DNA of 64,000 nucleotides from positions 29,335,411 to 29,399,410 of the forward strand of contig CP154954.1 in the NCBI GenBank assembly GCA_039621445.1, in the 5' to 3' direction. Of the stretch, positions 36,846 through 51,600 are shown piece by piece. Under the pieces are notes generated by a model. It ran no database searches, was not told the DNA's origin, and saw only the letters and a list, made by a program, of their open reading frames with translations. The position numbers and the translations under genes were made by a program. Position 1 is the first letter of the stretch; each line of letters begins with the position of its first letter. The stretch comes from Euglena gracilis (Eukaryota).

Positions 36846-38333
36846 ACAATTTTTCCGGTCGCACTAACTGCAAGTATGTTTGTGGTTTACGGCACCAAAT
36901 CAACAAAAACAGATGACAAAAACATAAGTTTTCCAGCGCAAAGCACCGGGAAGATTTTTTTTGGTTCAGGGAGCCCCTGAACCATCGAAAAAAGGTGCTG
37001 CCTAGCTGGACCCCCAGGGGATGGGGTGCGGCTTGAAAAAATCCCCTGCCGCAGACCCCCCCCCCAAGCCTGGGGGAGGGGTGGTCCGGACCCCCCCTCC
37101 CTTACAAGACCAATGCTCACTTAATACCCTGGCTGCGGCCGAGAACCAAAAAACACAGGGGGGGGTGCCAGCACTTGCAGCCAAAGATCCGGCACATCGC
37201 CTTCATTTTCGGGCCGTGTTGCCCTGCTGGGCCCAACTTTGTTTCAGTCATCATTTGTGCAGTTGGACTTGGGGGGTTTAGTACGCTTGGAGCCAAGAAA
37301 GCCCCGGGGCAGGGTATGGAGTATGATGTGAGGTATGGGTGGGCTGGGCGGCTGCACAGGCGCAGTGAAATGGCTGCGGCACTCCCTCGGCCTTGGGAAG
37401 AAAGTGAGCACAGTAAACCGCCCCAGCCCCCAAGTGTGTGTGTGTGTGCGCGCGCGTGCGCGCGTGGCAACACACCCTCCCCCAGGCAGGTTAAAGGTTA
37501 CAGGTTAAAGGCACCAAGCAAAATAACGTAAACAACCCAAAAACAAAGATCACCAAGGCCACAAATAAGCGGTGGAAGCCAACATTAGAGGAGCCAAACT
37601 CGAGGAGGGGAAATGCCCCAATCGGAAAACCGCCTGGGGTGCAAACAATTGTTCACACTATTGTTCGTACCCATGCCTCTCTGGGAGATAGAGCATCTTT
37701 CTTAGGGGAAAATTTCAAAAAAAGGAAAAAAGAGAATATATATGGCAGCAAGATTTTATTTGGTCCTCCCCCGGGGGGGGGGGCAAATACAATCTCCTGG
37801 GGGGGTCAATTTTTTGCGTCATAGATGGAGTAGGGTTAGGGTTACAATTTAGGCCTAACCTTAGGCCTAACTTATAGATCAGTGCCAGGTGCACGAGTTA
37901 GGCCTAAATTTTGGCCGAACGACTAACTGTAACCCTACTCCATCAATAACGCAAAAAAAAATTGACCCGCCAGGAGATTTTAGTTGCCCCCCCCCCTCGG
38001 GTAGGGGGCCAAATAAAATCTTGCTGGTCCCAACTATGTGGCCCCCCACAAATAAATAAGGCAGCCATTGGTTACACGCCCCACCCCGGGGGGGTCGTAT
38101 AACCAATCCAGGGGGGGGGGATCAAAAATTTTTTGTGTTACTGGTGGAATAGGGTAAGGGTTAGGGTTAGGAGTTCGGCCTAACTTTAGGCCTAACTTGT
38201 ACACCTAACTCCAATCTGTAAGTTAAGCCCAAAATTTTTGGTAATAATAACCCAAATAATCTTGGAAATAATTACCCAAAAAGACTGGTAATATGACCCC
38301 CACCACGAGGGGCATATAAGCAATAGCTGCCAT

Positions 38334-39000
38334 ATGTATGTATGTATGAATGTATGTATGTATGTATGTATGTATGTATGTATGTATGTATGTATGTATG
38401 TATGTATGTATGTATGTATGTATGTATGTATGTATGTATGTATGTATGTATGTATGTATGTATGTATGTATGTATGTATGTATGTATGTATGTATGTATG
38501 TATGTATGTATGTATGCATGTATGCATGTATGCATGTATGCATGTATGCATGTATGTATGTATGTGTGTATGTGTGTATGTATGTATGTATGTATGTATG
38601 TATGTATGTATGTATGTATGTATGTATGTATGTATGTATGTATGTATGTATGTATGTATGTATGTATGTATGTATGTATGTATGTATGTATGTATGTATG
38701 TATGTATGTATGTATGTATGTATGTATGTATGTATGTATGTATGTATGTATGTATGTATGTATGTATGTATGTATGTATGTATGTATGTATGTATGTATG
38801 TATGTATGTATGTATGTATGCATGCATGCATGCATGCATGTATGTATGTATGTATGTATGTATGTATGTATGTATGTATGTATGTATGTATGTATGTATG
38901 TATGTATGTATGTATGTATGTATGTATGTATGTATGTATGTATGTATGTATGTATGTATGCATGCATGCATGTATGTATATGTACGTATGTATGTGTGTA
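38334..39000. repeat. (TATG)n microsatellite
   Basis: Directly visible. Confidence 0.98.
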
Positions 39001-39199
39001 TACGCATTAGAATCTTTCAAGAAACTTTCCAAAACAACATCAAAGAGAATGTGTATCTGCTCTTTGTGGAGAATGGGGTGGAACTCACGCCTCCTGCAAA
39101 ATATAGCCATAAATTATAATTGTGGTGTACTCCTGGCACCTGGCCTGAGTCAATTTTAAATGAAAATCAGGGGGGGGAATAATTGATATCGGAGGCCTT

Positions 39200-39665
39200 C
39201 GGAAAAATTGCGGAAAAATTGCGGAAAAATTGCGGAAATTGCGAAAAATTGCGGAAAAATTGATATCGGGTATACACATTTCTGCTTGGGGGGACTTAGA
39301 AAATTTTCAATTGTGAGGTTCAGAACACCGCAACACCCACGTCGATGCAGGCGAGCACAAATCAAAACGCTTGATGATCTTTGCACAGGTGGGACGCACC
39401 CAATCCTGTGACCGGTGGTGCACCTGTGAGAAAAATTGGTAAACTGGGGGGGGGACAACAAAACACAATATCAGACCTGTTGATCCATTTGAAGAATGGC
39501 TTGAACTCATTGCATCTTCCATCTTCGGATGGTGGAGAAAAAATTCTTCAAAAAAATGGTGAAAAATTGCGGAAAGATTGCGGAAATTGCGGAAAAATTG
39601 CGGAAAATTGCGGAAAATTGCGGAAATTGCGGAAAATTGCGGAAATTACGGAAAAATTGCGGATA
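39200..39665. repeat. Two blocks of (TGCGGAAAAAT)-like tandem repeats
   Basis: 39200-39260 and 39560-39665. Confidence 0.8.
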
Positions 39666-40526
39666 TCAATTTCCCCCCCCTGTGAAAATCCATAGGGTTG
39701 AATATCAGGGGGGGACACAAATGCACACTGCAGATATCAGCAAGCCATATAAAAAAATAAGCAGCCCAAAAGGTTGGAGGGGGAAGATAGACAATCAGGG
39801 CAAGAGTCGAACGATTGGGGAACTTGGAAGGGTCCGGGGGGGGGGGGCTCAGACGCTTGGGGGAACATGCCTGCCGAGGGGGGGAAGAACATACCATTTG
39901 GTTTGGTAATACGCACACGCACAGCCACCCACCCACAGACCCAGTTGAGGAGACCGGCACGACTTGGAAGACCCAGGGAGGGAGGCGGGGGTTGGGCGTA
40001 GCCGGCAGCCTTCCCTGCGGCCACCTCCAGCGCGCCGACGATTAGTTTGGCTGTTTTGGATTGGGTTCTCGGGGGCCGGCCAGGGCGCGGCTCGTGTTGA
40101 GGGGACTGGCCACGCCGCGCTGTGCGGCGGCCCAGGCGGCAGAGGACCCGCAGGGCAACCGGGATACCCCTTGCCAGTGCAATACGCCCCCTGCAGGGTT
40201 TCAAAGTGGGCACACGGGCAGGAAAAAAAAGCCCCGAACGATTTAAAAAAAACACCGTAAAAAATCGCAAAGAATCTGCAAAGAGGATGAATCGTCCTGC
40301 AGCGTGAACAAAAACTTGCTGCAGGGAACTTGCAGAAAAATTACCATTCTGCTTTCCCCCCCCAAAAAAATCTGAATGACAGATGAAATACTGTAAATAA
40401 AAAATGAAAAAAATGCACAATCCAGAATTTAATGGGTTTTGTTGTTTTTTTCCGAAAAGCACTGCAAAGAAAAATTGCACAAAAACCACACAGCCACAAT
40501 CACTTTATGCGGCTTTCGGGCTGGAC

Positions 40527-40933
40527 CAGGGTTTGATATAAGGACAGGTGGGGGGGGGTGGTCCGGACCCCCCCCCTGCAGGCCAGGAGGGGGGGTGGGA
40601 GGGACACCCCCCCACCTAAACAGTGGCGTGGTCCGGGTGACCGAAAATTTTTGACACCCCAAAACGACCAAAAGTGCCATTTTGGGCACTTTTTTGGCAA
40701 AAATTTGCCAAAAATGCCAAAAAAATTCGGCTCAAAGCGCCGGAGGAAAAAATTGACCCTTTTTGCGGGGGGTCCTGGGTCCCCCCCCCCCCCAGGGTCC
40801 GTCCGGACCCCCCTGGCAGGTGGGGGGGGGGGGTCCGGACCGACCCCGGGGGCCGGGGGGTCCTGCAGGCCAGGAGGGGGGGGGGACACCCCCCCCACCT
40901 AAACCATGTACGCCCTCCTTATATCAAACCCTG
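40527..40933. mobile_element. MITE, perfect 17-bp TIR, perfect 8-bp TSD GGCTGGAC
   Basis: CAGGGTTTGATATAAGG / CCTTATATCAAACCCTG. TSD at 40519-40526 and 40934-40941. Confidence 0.93.
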
Positions 40934-43900
40934 GGCTGGACCTGACGCCCGGGCTTTCGGGCTTTCCCAGACTCCCGTCCCCACTGATGCCAGAGGTTCC
41001 CTGCGGCGGGCAACAGAACACGTCAACTATTCACAGAAGCAGGGGAGGACTGGGCCGACCCGCAGTACCCCAGCAGTGGCGGCGGCAAACTGGGGGACGG
41101 GACTGGGGAGCGTGTGCAGCTGGCCCAGGGCCCGGGGCCCGGAAAAACGCCACAGGATGAATGAATGACGCCTTTCCCAAAACTCAGGAGTGGCAAAAAA
41201 AATACTGGGAGGTTTGGGTCCGTCAGGCATGCGCGGCAGCAAGCCGGGAGGGTTTGGTGCACACGGCTGGGAATATTGGAGTACCCTGGAACGCCTGCCT
41301 TCAAACGTGCTAAACCCGCCCCCCCCCCCAACAACCTGGCGGGACCGTTGCTCCTGGCAAGGCGGAGGGGGGGGAGGGGCAAAAAAGAAGGTTCCAGTAA
41401 CTTGGCACCCCCTTTTACGTCAAAATTCCTTAACGACGCTGAGAAAATGGCTCAAATAAACTGGCAGGGGACAGGGCCAAAAGTTGGTTCCAATAAACCT
41501 GGCACCCCACCAGGCTATTTGGGGGGTTAACCCAACGGGCCAATGCAAATTTTCTGTGTTGATTCCTTCTCGCGTGATATTCCTTTGGCCTGACAGCGTT
41601 GACAGAAAGACTGGAAAAATGAAGTGAGATGTGACATGAGAATACCAATGAGGGATATCTCAAAATTCTTCCGCTTGTTAAGCGGATTCGTGATGCCGGC
41701 ATTCGCAAGCCAAACACCAGGAGCACTTTTCTCAATTCCCGTTGCCGCTGGCCAGACCGACTGCGGCCTGAATGCCTTCTTGTGGCCAGCCGCATCCATT
41801 GACACATGCTCGACTTCGAGGCATGGGCTTCATCCTCATGTGCCATGCCCCCTGCCATTTGCGGTGGCCATGCAGACTGAGACGCAGGGCTCGGGACAAA
41901 GGGGGGGGGGGGACACCACTGGCTCTCACTTCCCAGGCCGGCCCAGTGGGGGCAAGGCAGTCCCAGCCAGCATCCCTGTGGCATATGGGGCCCGGGTGGT
42001 TTGGGTGGGCAGTGGACCGAACCACTGCTGGCGAGGCGCGGTGTAACAGAAAAGCTAAACCTCCCCAAATGATCCCCTGGGGTATTATTTTTTTGCCTGT
42101 CCCGGCCCGAGGGGGAGTATTATTTGGGGGGGGGGGATAACACCCCAAAAATTTCGAAATTTTTCGAAGTCCCATGGAACCCCAAAATAGCTCCTAAAAT
42201 CTCCCTTTGGGGTCATTTTTTGTACTTTCTCATTAAATTTAGCATCTTTGGAGGCTAGATGATCCAGAAAAATCGATTTTTTTTCGTAATTTGTTGTCAG
42301 AGATTGTGATTTTGCCTACATTTTCAGGTCAAAATCCGGGTCGGCGGCCCGAAATTGGGGGGGGGGGGTATTAACTCGGTCCCCGAAGTCGGACCCCGAG
42401 GGGGGGGGGGGTGTTTTGGGGGGGGGGCATTATTTGGGGGGAGGGTTTACCAAAAAAAAAAGCAAAGAGAGGGAGGGACACCCTCAGCAGTGGCGGCGGG
42501 GGATATAGTAGAGAGGGGGTCGTGGTGCCTGAATGGCACATCGTATTACTGTGGCGGTGTGGCGGGGGCCTGAAGCGGTGCCGGAGGCAATTTTGTGGCC
42601 ATGATTTTTCGGAAGCCCTGTGTTACCCACTCCTTTTGAGCCACCGGTGACAATAATCGTCGACGATGGCAAACGTCTTTTGCAGGTTGGCAACAATAAA
42701 CCAAAGGCAAATGAGCAACCACATGCTTTTTTATATCCTTCAACACCCGCATTGACAGCCAACATTCATTGTTTTTGAACACCCCAAAACACTGCAACTG
42801 TACGGGTCATCTGAAACTGTTGTGTTGTAATGTTTCATTATTTTACTCTATTGCTGTTCTCTGGCTTCTTCTCGTGGTCCCCTGTGAATATGTTCTGACC
42901 CAGTTTTGCAGAAGGCTGTGAGCATCCTTTACAGGTCCCCATAACAAACACTACGCTCCTCTCGTTGCAAAAGGGCCTCATCTTGTTCCTTCTCTTCTTG
43001 GTCTTTCTCCAGACGTGGGGAGGTGGACCTCTGACCCTGGGTCTTCTTAGGACCCCGGGGGGGGGGGGGTCCTGCGGGCCGGCTCGAAAAGGTGCTGGCT
43101 GGAAAAGGGTGCTGGCTGGGGTCCAAGGGGAGGGGGTCCGGCCGGCTGGGAGCTAAACCTGGCAGGTCCCCCAAAAATGTCCAAAGAAGCCCAAATCCAG
43201 CTGGGTTGGCATTTTCAGCCAAAACGAGGAGGTGAAGACCCAAAAACCACCATTTGCCATTTTTGACAAAAATGCCATTTGAGGCCATTTTTGACCCCCT
43301 TCTTGCACTAAAAACTTTTTCGGTCCAGCACGGCTTTGCCGGGATACCCCGAACTTTACTGGGGGGTTTCGGCCTGGCTAGGAGCTGCTGGAAAAAAAAA
43401 GGTGCTGGCTGGCTGGACCCCCCACAGGGGTAGGGTCCGTTCTGGCGTAAGAAAACCCCTGATCTCAACACCAACACCAGAGCAGACAGAGCCAAGGTGG
43501 AGGGCAGCCTTGCCTGGAACAGGAAGCCGCCCCAGGACCACCAACTCTATGTCCAGAAGTATCTTGTCCTATGGGTTGTGAACCTAATTTCAGCGTCACA
43601 GGTTTCCACCACTTGTTTTTGCAGTGCAGCATGACTGAGAGTCCCATCTTTTCAGACATTTCTTGAAACTCAGGAAATTTCTGTTCAAAAAGGTAACAGA
43701 TAAACCATCAAAATTGGAGCTGAGTAAAAATTTGGGCACCCCCAAAAACGTGATTTCAAAAAGATCATTGCCCTTGTTTTCTCACCCAGGATTTGAAGCA
43801 TGAAAAAAATCGAATGTAAGAGAATGGAATCGAGGAGTCAAAAAATGGATCGCAATGCAGAAACGGAGACATACTGACACCCCTTTTTGGTGTTTTACAA

Positions 43901-44469
43901 CCCACTGGACAAGCCCCATCACACCGGCAGATGGAGGGCATGGTTCCCAAAGCAGGGCATCCTGTCGTTTTCCCAAACGTCACCATGGGTTCACAGCCTC
44001 CCGCCCAGACTTCATCTTATTGGAACGGCCCCTCCCTCCCAATAGATTCAGAATCACTAATTTCTGGACACCTGGTGCTCAAACCCGACTTCATCATTGT
44101 CCCCCACGTCCTCCCACAATATCCACGCGTTCATGTACATTTGCAATCTGAATGGCCACTGCACACATGCACAATGGTCACCCATTGCGCGCAATGCATG
44201 ACCGTTGAGCTTGTGCACAATGGGTCACGGATGCCGCTGGGCTTATAAGAGCCCCTCCGGTGTTACAATATGGCCTTAATTTTTTGGGAAATTTATGTCT
44301 CCGAGCGTTGAAGCCCGTGGTTTTGAAACTTTTTTAAAAAAAAATAATTCAAAATTCCCTGGGTCTCAACACCATCAGAGGCCAAACCATCAGAGGGTGG
44401 CCAAAAGAACAAAAGAGTCAAAAGGATGGGTTGCACAGCTGTTCCCACCCATCAGAAGCCGATTTGTTT

Positions 44470-44665
44470 CAAAACGGCTTTTCGGAAAAATGGCTAAAAA
44501 GCCGTTTTGCCTTTGGCAAAACGGCAAAAAAGCCGTTTCGCCTTTGGCAAAACGGCAAAATAGCCGTTTCGCCTTTGGCAAAACGGCAAAAAAGCCGTTT
44601 TGCCATCAGAGAAACGGCGAAAAAGCCGTTTCGCCATTGGCAAAACGGCGAAAAAGCCGTTTTGC
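44470..44665. repeat. ~31-bp tandem repeat built of hairpins (AAACGGC-AAAAAA-GCCGTTT)
   Basis: Directly visible, about six units. Confidence 0.85.
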
Positions 44666-45699
44666 CAGCCAAATGTCAGAAAAGTGGCAAAAAAGCCAAA
44701 AAGCCAAAATGAAACGCATACGGGTGGGAACAGCCGGGTTTTCAAAAAAGCCAAAGATTGCACGCATTGCGCAATGGAATGAGGACACAAGCCAGTGCCT
44801 GGGGCTCCAATGCAGACAAAAGAAGGACTGAAATGGGATCACCCACAGACACGGTGTGCAGAAGAACCCATTTGCAAATGGCCACTTTCGCTGTCGTGCT
44901 GACCCTCATTTTTTGTGTGATGGCAATGTCCTCGCATTGTCCTGAACGTCATGCGCTATTGTCACTGTCCCATTGTATGTATTTTGACCCTTGACAGATC
45001 CCATTTGTTGCTCTTCTTTACAATCCTCCCTTTGTATCTCATTCCTTAAATTCAAAATCAGTGATCAGCATCCAATTATTTCAGTACTTTTTGAACTGGG
45101 AATTGTTTCTCCTTGGTTGGTTGCATTACTTTTAGTTGTCTGAAAAAGTGAGGCTTCGCACAAGTACACACACGCACACACCCACGCACGCACGCATGCA
45201 CGCACGCATGGATGCACGCACGCATGCACGGACGCACGCACACACACACGCGCGCGCGCGCGCGATAAAATAGGACGTCCCCCGGAAGCGTCCGCTGCAC
45301 CGCATCAACCGGAAATAAAGCAACAGAAGGGCAGGCGCTCAATCTGCTCAGGCAATGGCTCGCCGTTGCTTCCGCTTGTTCTTCCAAACCCTGAGGAGGG
45401 GAGGGGTGGCACAAGCCGAAAACCAGCAACCAGCTGCAAATTCATGTGCAAAGAAAATACATTTTGGCCAACATCAAAAAAAAGAACGCATTTGTTTACT
45501 CCTTTCATGAATATTACCGTCTTAACTGGAAATGTTTTATGAATGTTGCAGAAATGTGCAAGCACAGCAAAATTTCAAATGTGACTAACAAGCACCCACC
45601 CGCATAATCTTGTAGCATAATCCTGTGGGACCCTCACTGCTCATCAGCCCTTGGACTTTTGCGAGTGTGCGGTGCCAGCCACCCACACACCTGTTGCCC

Positions 45700-48600
45700 C
45701 CCGGGCCCTCCAGGGACAGGTCCAGCGCGCTGGCGAAGTGCTCCACGGTCAGGCCCTCGTCTTGGGGGCAGGCTTCCTTTCCCGAAGGGGCCGAGGGGGA
45801 AGAGGGTTGGCAGGACGGCCACGTCAGGGACGAGGTGTGGCCCCGTATCCACCAGACGTTTCATAGGATGCGGAGGGGGCTGGCACCTGCTCACCCACCC
45901 ACCTGACCCACCTGTGGGGGGGGGGGGGGCTCAGTGGCATAGCATAGCATACCTAGCATAGCATGGCATAGCACAGCACAGCATAGCATAGCATAGTACA
46001 GCATAGCATGGCATTGCATGGCATAGCATAGCACAGCATAGTATGGCATTGCATGGCATAGCATAACACAGCATGGCACTGCATGGTATAGCATAGCATA
46101 GCATAGCATAGCATAGCATAGCATAGCATAGCATAGCATAGCATAGCATAGCTAGCATAGCATGGCATGGCATTGCATGGCATAGCACAGCACAGCATAG
46201 CATGCTGTGGCATAGCACAGCATAGCACAGCACACCATAGCATAGCATAACATGGCATAGGGTAAACCCCCATCCCAGACAGGGCAGAACGGGAAGGCCT
46301 GGTGGGGGGGGGTCGACCCCCACCCACCACAGCATTTTCACCAATTTCGACCAACGGGGATGTTGGCCGGGGTAAATTTTTTTTGAAAAACGGACCCAAA
46401 ATACATGATTTTTTGATGGTAAACCACATCTTTTTCACCAAAAAATCTCAAAATTTTCAGGTTAAAAATTGGTACTTTTTAGGAGGGGGGTAAAAAAAAA
46501 ACGAAGCTCAAAAAAATGGACAAAAATTTGGCACAATCCAATTTTACTGATATTTTTTCTCTTGGAATTTTTTTTTGATTTTCAATGGCTTTTTTTTGCA
46601 TCAAAAACCGCTCAAAATAAAAATTTCGAGAAAATGTTGATGTTTTGGAAGGTGTGAAAAAATGGGGTTTTGGGGGGGTTTAGGGGGGACCTCGACCCCC
46701 CCCCCATCACACCATGCAGGGGGTGGGGGGGTCCCCCCCCACCCACCACCCTGGCCGCAAGGTCGTTTCCCGTTCTGCCCTGATCCCAGGTCACCCACTT
46801 GGCCAACCCCCAGATACCCCTGAGGGGGGGGGGGGGCAACCCACCCAGGGCCCACTGTTAAAAAAAAGACCCATAGTATCCACTCTGACTCTGACTCGTA
46901 ACCTAGAATCAGGAGAGGGGTTGGAAGGTGATGAATGCTTGAAAGGAAACGTGCGAAAAGTGAGAAAATGTGCAAAATCCACAAAAGCTGGGGGAGGAGC
47001 ACCAAACCCCTGCAAACACAAATCCCCAAAGTTGCGGGCAGTGAAACTCTTCTAAAAACACAGGGAGCTGGAAAGCTGTGGGGACTGTTCAGAATAGGAC
47101 AGAAAATACGGCGCAACATTGTATATGTTTGAACTCAAAAAAAATGCAATCCCTAAAATCCCCAAAAATGTGCGAAAACCCTCCTAGAAAGATATTGCCG
47201 AGGGGCGAAAAATGCTCGGGGCATCACCCTCCAATGCCATCTTATGGCCAGCCGCATCCTGTTGACACGTACTCGACTTCGAGGCATCGGCTCGCGCCAA
47301 AAATGCCTCGCGCCGGAAAAAAGGAACGCTGCACGGGCGACCCCCGCCGGCGGACAGCTGAGGGACTCGTGTTCGAAGACGTCGTCCTGGCGCAGCATCC
47401 CTGGGAGGGGGTTGGGGGTGGGCGGAGGCCGCCGGTCACGAAGACCGTCACTAAGACAGGGTTTGGCTTGGGGGCCCAGGGTCGAGCCTTTGCAATGATT
47501 GACCGACCCCCCCCCCCTGGGAATTGAGGAATTGAGGGGTTTGGGGAAAGCCCAGGCAGTCCCGCTGAAGGCAAAAAAAAAGCCAGGCAGCCGCCCCCTC
47601 TCCCGGGGGGGGGGGTCAGAAAAGCGATTGTTTCTCTCAATTCTGAGCTTCTTTGGCTGAACTCTGACACTCACATTTGTGTTCTAATTAAAGACCAGGG
47701 AGTGGGGGGTCCCACCCACTCTGGGGGGGGGGGTTGGGAGAGGGATTTTTTGCTTTCTTTTTCAAGAAAAGACACCTAGGGATAGGTTTTGTAAACAAAT
47801 TGAAATACTTGATTGACTCCCCTAATCACCATCAAATGCATATATAAAAATCAGACCCATTTTTTTAAATGGGGGGAACGAGGACAGAAGGAGAGTTTTC
47901 ACAAGATTTCTTGGGTGCAAACTCCTCTTTGTTTCATAGTGAAAATTACACCTGTTTGCTTGTAGTGCTTTTTTTATTCTCATCGTGTTTTTTAACCACA
48001 TAATTTTGCTTGTTTTGTTTGAAAAAATAACGGGTTTTTTGTATGCGTCTTACTTTATTTCTTTAAAGCTTCATGACGTATTTGGGGATAAGAATTACCA
48101 TAAAAATTTCAGAACAAGAATGGGCATGTATAATTGATTTCAAAGAATTGATCCAGCCGTGCTTTGAAATCTTTGGTATTCTCTATATGCAAAATGCTGG
48201 AACAGTGCACGAAACTACATTTTTTGAAACTGCCTCAACAAAATCAGGGGTTTTTCAACAAAATTGTGCCAGCATCTTCACCCTCAGCAAGCTCCCGAAC
48301 CGAAAACTTCTTAAATCCTTGTCTGTTTCGAGGAAGGAGGAGCCTCCCCCTCCCCCACGTTGTTGGGGTCCTCAGGGCTTCCCAGATATCCCTGCCCCTG
48401 TGGGTTAGTTGAGACTCAGCCATCCAATCATTTGAACTTTAAAAAAATCAAACTTCTTGTCCAGCAAAAAAATTCAATTCTAAATGCAATATAAAAATAA
48501 TAAATACAATATCAAAAATCTGCCTGTGCTGTTTAAAATGCTTTCATTTAATTTTCCTGTTCTTTTATGCATTTTTAATCCTTAAAAAAAAGCGGAAAAC

Positions 48601-51600
48601 TTATAATTGGCATGGGGAAACGCTTGATCGTCCCATTGCTGCACACAGTGGTATGCAGTGCCCGACAATATGCACCTATCGAATCTCAGACACAAACTTC
48701 ACTGCGCAAAAAAAAGACCCTGTAAAAAATATTCTCTCCTATTTGAATCAGGACAAATTGTGCATTGCCTAATGTGCATTTCTCACACCCCAGAGTGCAT
48801 TTCGCCCGCCACACCTTGCACGCTGTCCCAGAAGGACTGCGGAATGCCGTCGCTGCTGTTACCGATGGAAGAGAGGCTCTTGGTCGGGGACGTGGCGTAA
48901 AATGCTCCATCTGTCCCATCTGGATATTGCAACCCCTTGGCCCTGAGAGAGAGGGGAGGGAGGAGACATGGAAAGTGGTCTGTTTTGGAGACATGCTGCA
49001 CCTTTGGACCCCAGCAACGCCGCCGAAACAGAAGAGTTGGAGGGGAGCTCGCAACCCCTTCCAGTTTTGGAATTTTTCATGTCTGGGGATTGTTTTGGGG
49101 ATCAAGAGACCTGGTTTCACAGCTGGTTTCCAGGGATTGAATGGCAAAACTTGACCAGAGCATCAGATGACCACATGGGGTCCCTGCTGTCTTTTGCTTT
49201 TTCAGCCGGGTGCGAGATGGCGAGGAGGGAGGCTTTGCCTTGTGGATTGCTTCGGCCCCTTTCCAAACAAGTATGATTCTCCTGGGCATCTACCCAGGCG
49301 TCATGCAATTGTTCGATGTGCTGGCTTGCTGTGGGGGGGGGTGCCCTGCGGCTTTGATGTACCAGGCAAGATGTAACATCATACAACAATGCTATATTGA
49401 GGCCTGCCACAGCAAGCACAAGGAACCCGCACAAAACTGTAATTCTACTTTGTGCATTTTTGATTCAGAAAAAACACACATAAAATGGTTAATGTTTGGC
49501 ATTCGTGGCTGGCCCTTTGGTTCGAGAAACTTTGGGCACGAGAAAATTTTACAGAGCATTGAAAATGATTTTTCCATCAAAGGCATCTGCCAGCAGAATG
49601 CTGAAAATCGGCAGATAAATTGTTATAGAACTTTGAAAAAATTGGAACCCGCCAAATCCCCCCCCCCCGTCAAAGATCGTGCAAACCCCCAATAAATGTG
49701 CAGCGCCATAATTGTGCGCGGTACCATCCATGGTAAGCCATACCATTGCTTGCTGACCCCCGGGGGAGGGGGGTCGCTTTCCACTTTCAAAAAAACCAGT
49801 CAGTCACTTTTCAAAATCAGTCACCCACTTCCTACCCTTCCCTGGGGGATCGGTCACTCTGGCCACTGGGTCAAAAATGCCCAAAAATCAAAGAATCTTG
49901 GTCAAAAAATCAAAAAAAAAACCCAGTGCATTCGTCGCAGGGTGGCTACTTTCGGCCATTTTGGCGACCCCACCCCCTTGGGGAGGGTCTGCAGTCAAAA
50001 ACCAGTCAGTCACCCCCCCCCCCCCCAGGGGGTGCGGTCGGATACACCTTATACAATGGTTTGATCCAAACGAATGTGCAACCGCCAAACCGCCGAAATG
50101 AGGTCCCTAACGGGTGACCCCTAAAATGGCCAAAAAAAAGTCTTTAAAAAACTCCTCTCATCTTTTTGACCACTCACCAAACCATACCTTCCTACAACCA
50201 ACCGCTCCCCCCCCCCCACCCACCCATCACAGACCCTCCTCCAAAGACAACGCCGCCCCCAAAAAAATTATTCCCAGGCTGACTTTTTTACACAGTTGCC
50301 AGCACTTTGCGCTGCCAGGGTCTTAAAATTGTTATTTTAAGACCAAAAAGAGGATGTGTTAAAATTGGGATTTTATTTTTTACATTTTTGCTAATTCTGG
50401 ATAAAAGAATGAATGAAAATTTGAACAAAACATGAACAAACCAACAAATCATAATTTTGCACATACTATGACAAAGAAAGGAAATTGCAATGATGCAACA
50501 AAGCAAAGCAACATTCAACAATGCAAAGCAAAGCACATTAAAAATTGTGGGGGGAAATACAGCAGCAAATCGCAAAAAAAACCATCGCAGTCGCCTGTCC
50601 CTCATAGCCTCTCCCTCATGCAAAAAAAATGACTAAGAAGAGCGTGTGGCACATTTTTCCAGAGCAGCATACCCCTGAGGGGCGAACGGAGGCAGGGTGG
50701 CCTTCGCATCGTTGCAGAGGTTCATCAAGCAGCGCCGCCGCATTGTGTGTGTCAACCCATCCCAAATAGCCTGGCACGGTGCCAAAATGTGGGGACCTTT
50801 TTCTTTTCACCTTCCCCCCTGCCAAGTTAAACCCCCCCCCAAATATAAGAAACCCGTTTCTTTTATTTGGGTGTCAGTCGATCGGCCCAAAGGGTTTCTT
50901 ATATTTGGGGGTTTCTTATATTTGGGTGTCGAAGGCAGGCCCCAAGGGTTTCTTATAAATGGAACTTTTTCCTCCTTTGGTTCCTTCAAGTAATTAATTA
51001 CATATGACCACGGCGTGTAGGATTTTCTTCATGTCTAATGGCTTTTGAGGCCCTGGAGCGTGTTTATGCTGAATCAGATCATTCCATCAGTCCAGAAGAA
51101 AGTGGTGGAGTGTAATTTCGGAATCTGGGAGTGATGTCGGTGAAAGAAAGATTCGCAAGAGACGAGGGGCTTCTTATATATGGATTAGCGTCCAACAGCC
51201 TAGGGGTTTCTTATATTCGGGGGTTTCTTATATTTGGGTGTCGGCTGAAAATCGGCCAAAGGGTTTCTTATAGCGAGGGTTTTCTTATATTTGGGGGTTT
51301 CTTATAGCGAGGGGTTTCTTATATTTGGGGGGGGGGGTTATTGGGCCACGAGCTTCCTTGCCTTCAAAAAAGGGGATGTGCCCGGTTACTGGAACAATCT
51401 TTTGTTTCCTGCTCTCTGCCACGGTGGTGCTTAGGCAAAGGGGGGGGGGGTATTTCAGGCACTGGGGATGTTATGGTGTTATTGGGGGGGGGGGGGTTGG
51501 CTTGTCTGCACCTGTGCAGTGCGGACAGGCATGATGGGAAACAAAAATGATGGGCAACCTTCTCAGCCATTCGCGGCCTATTGAACCCATCTTAGGTGAG

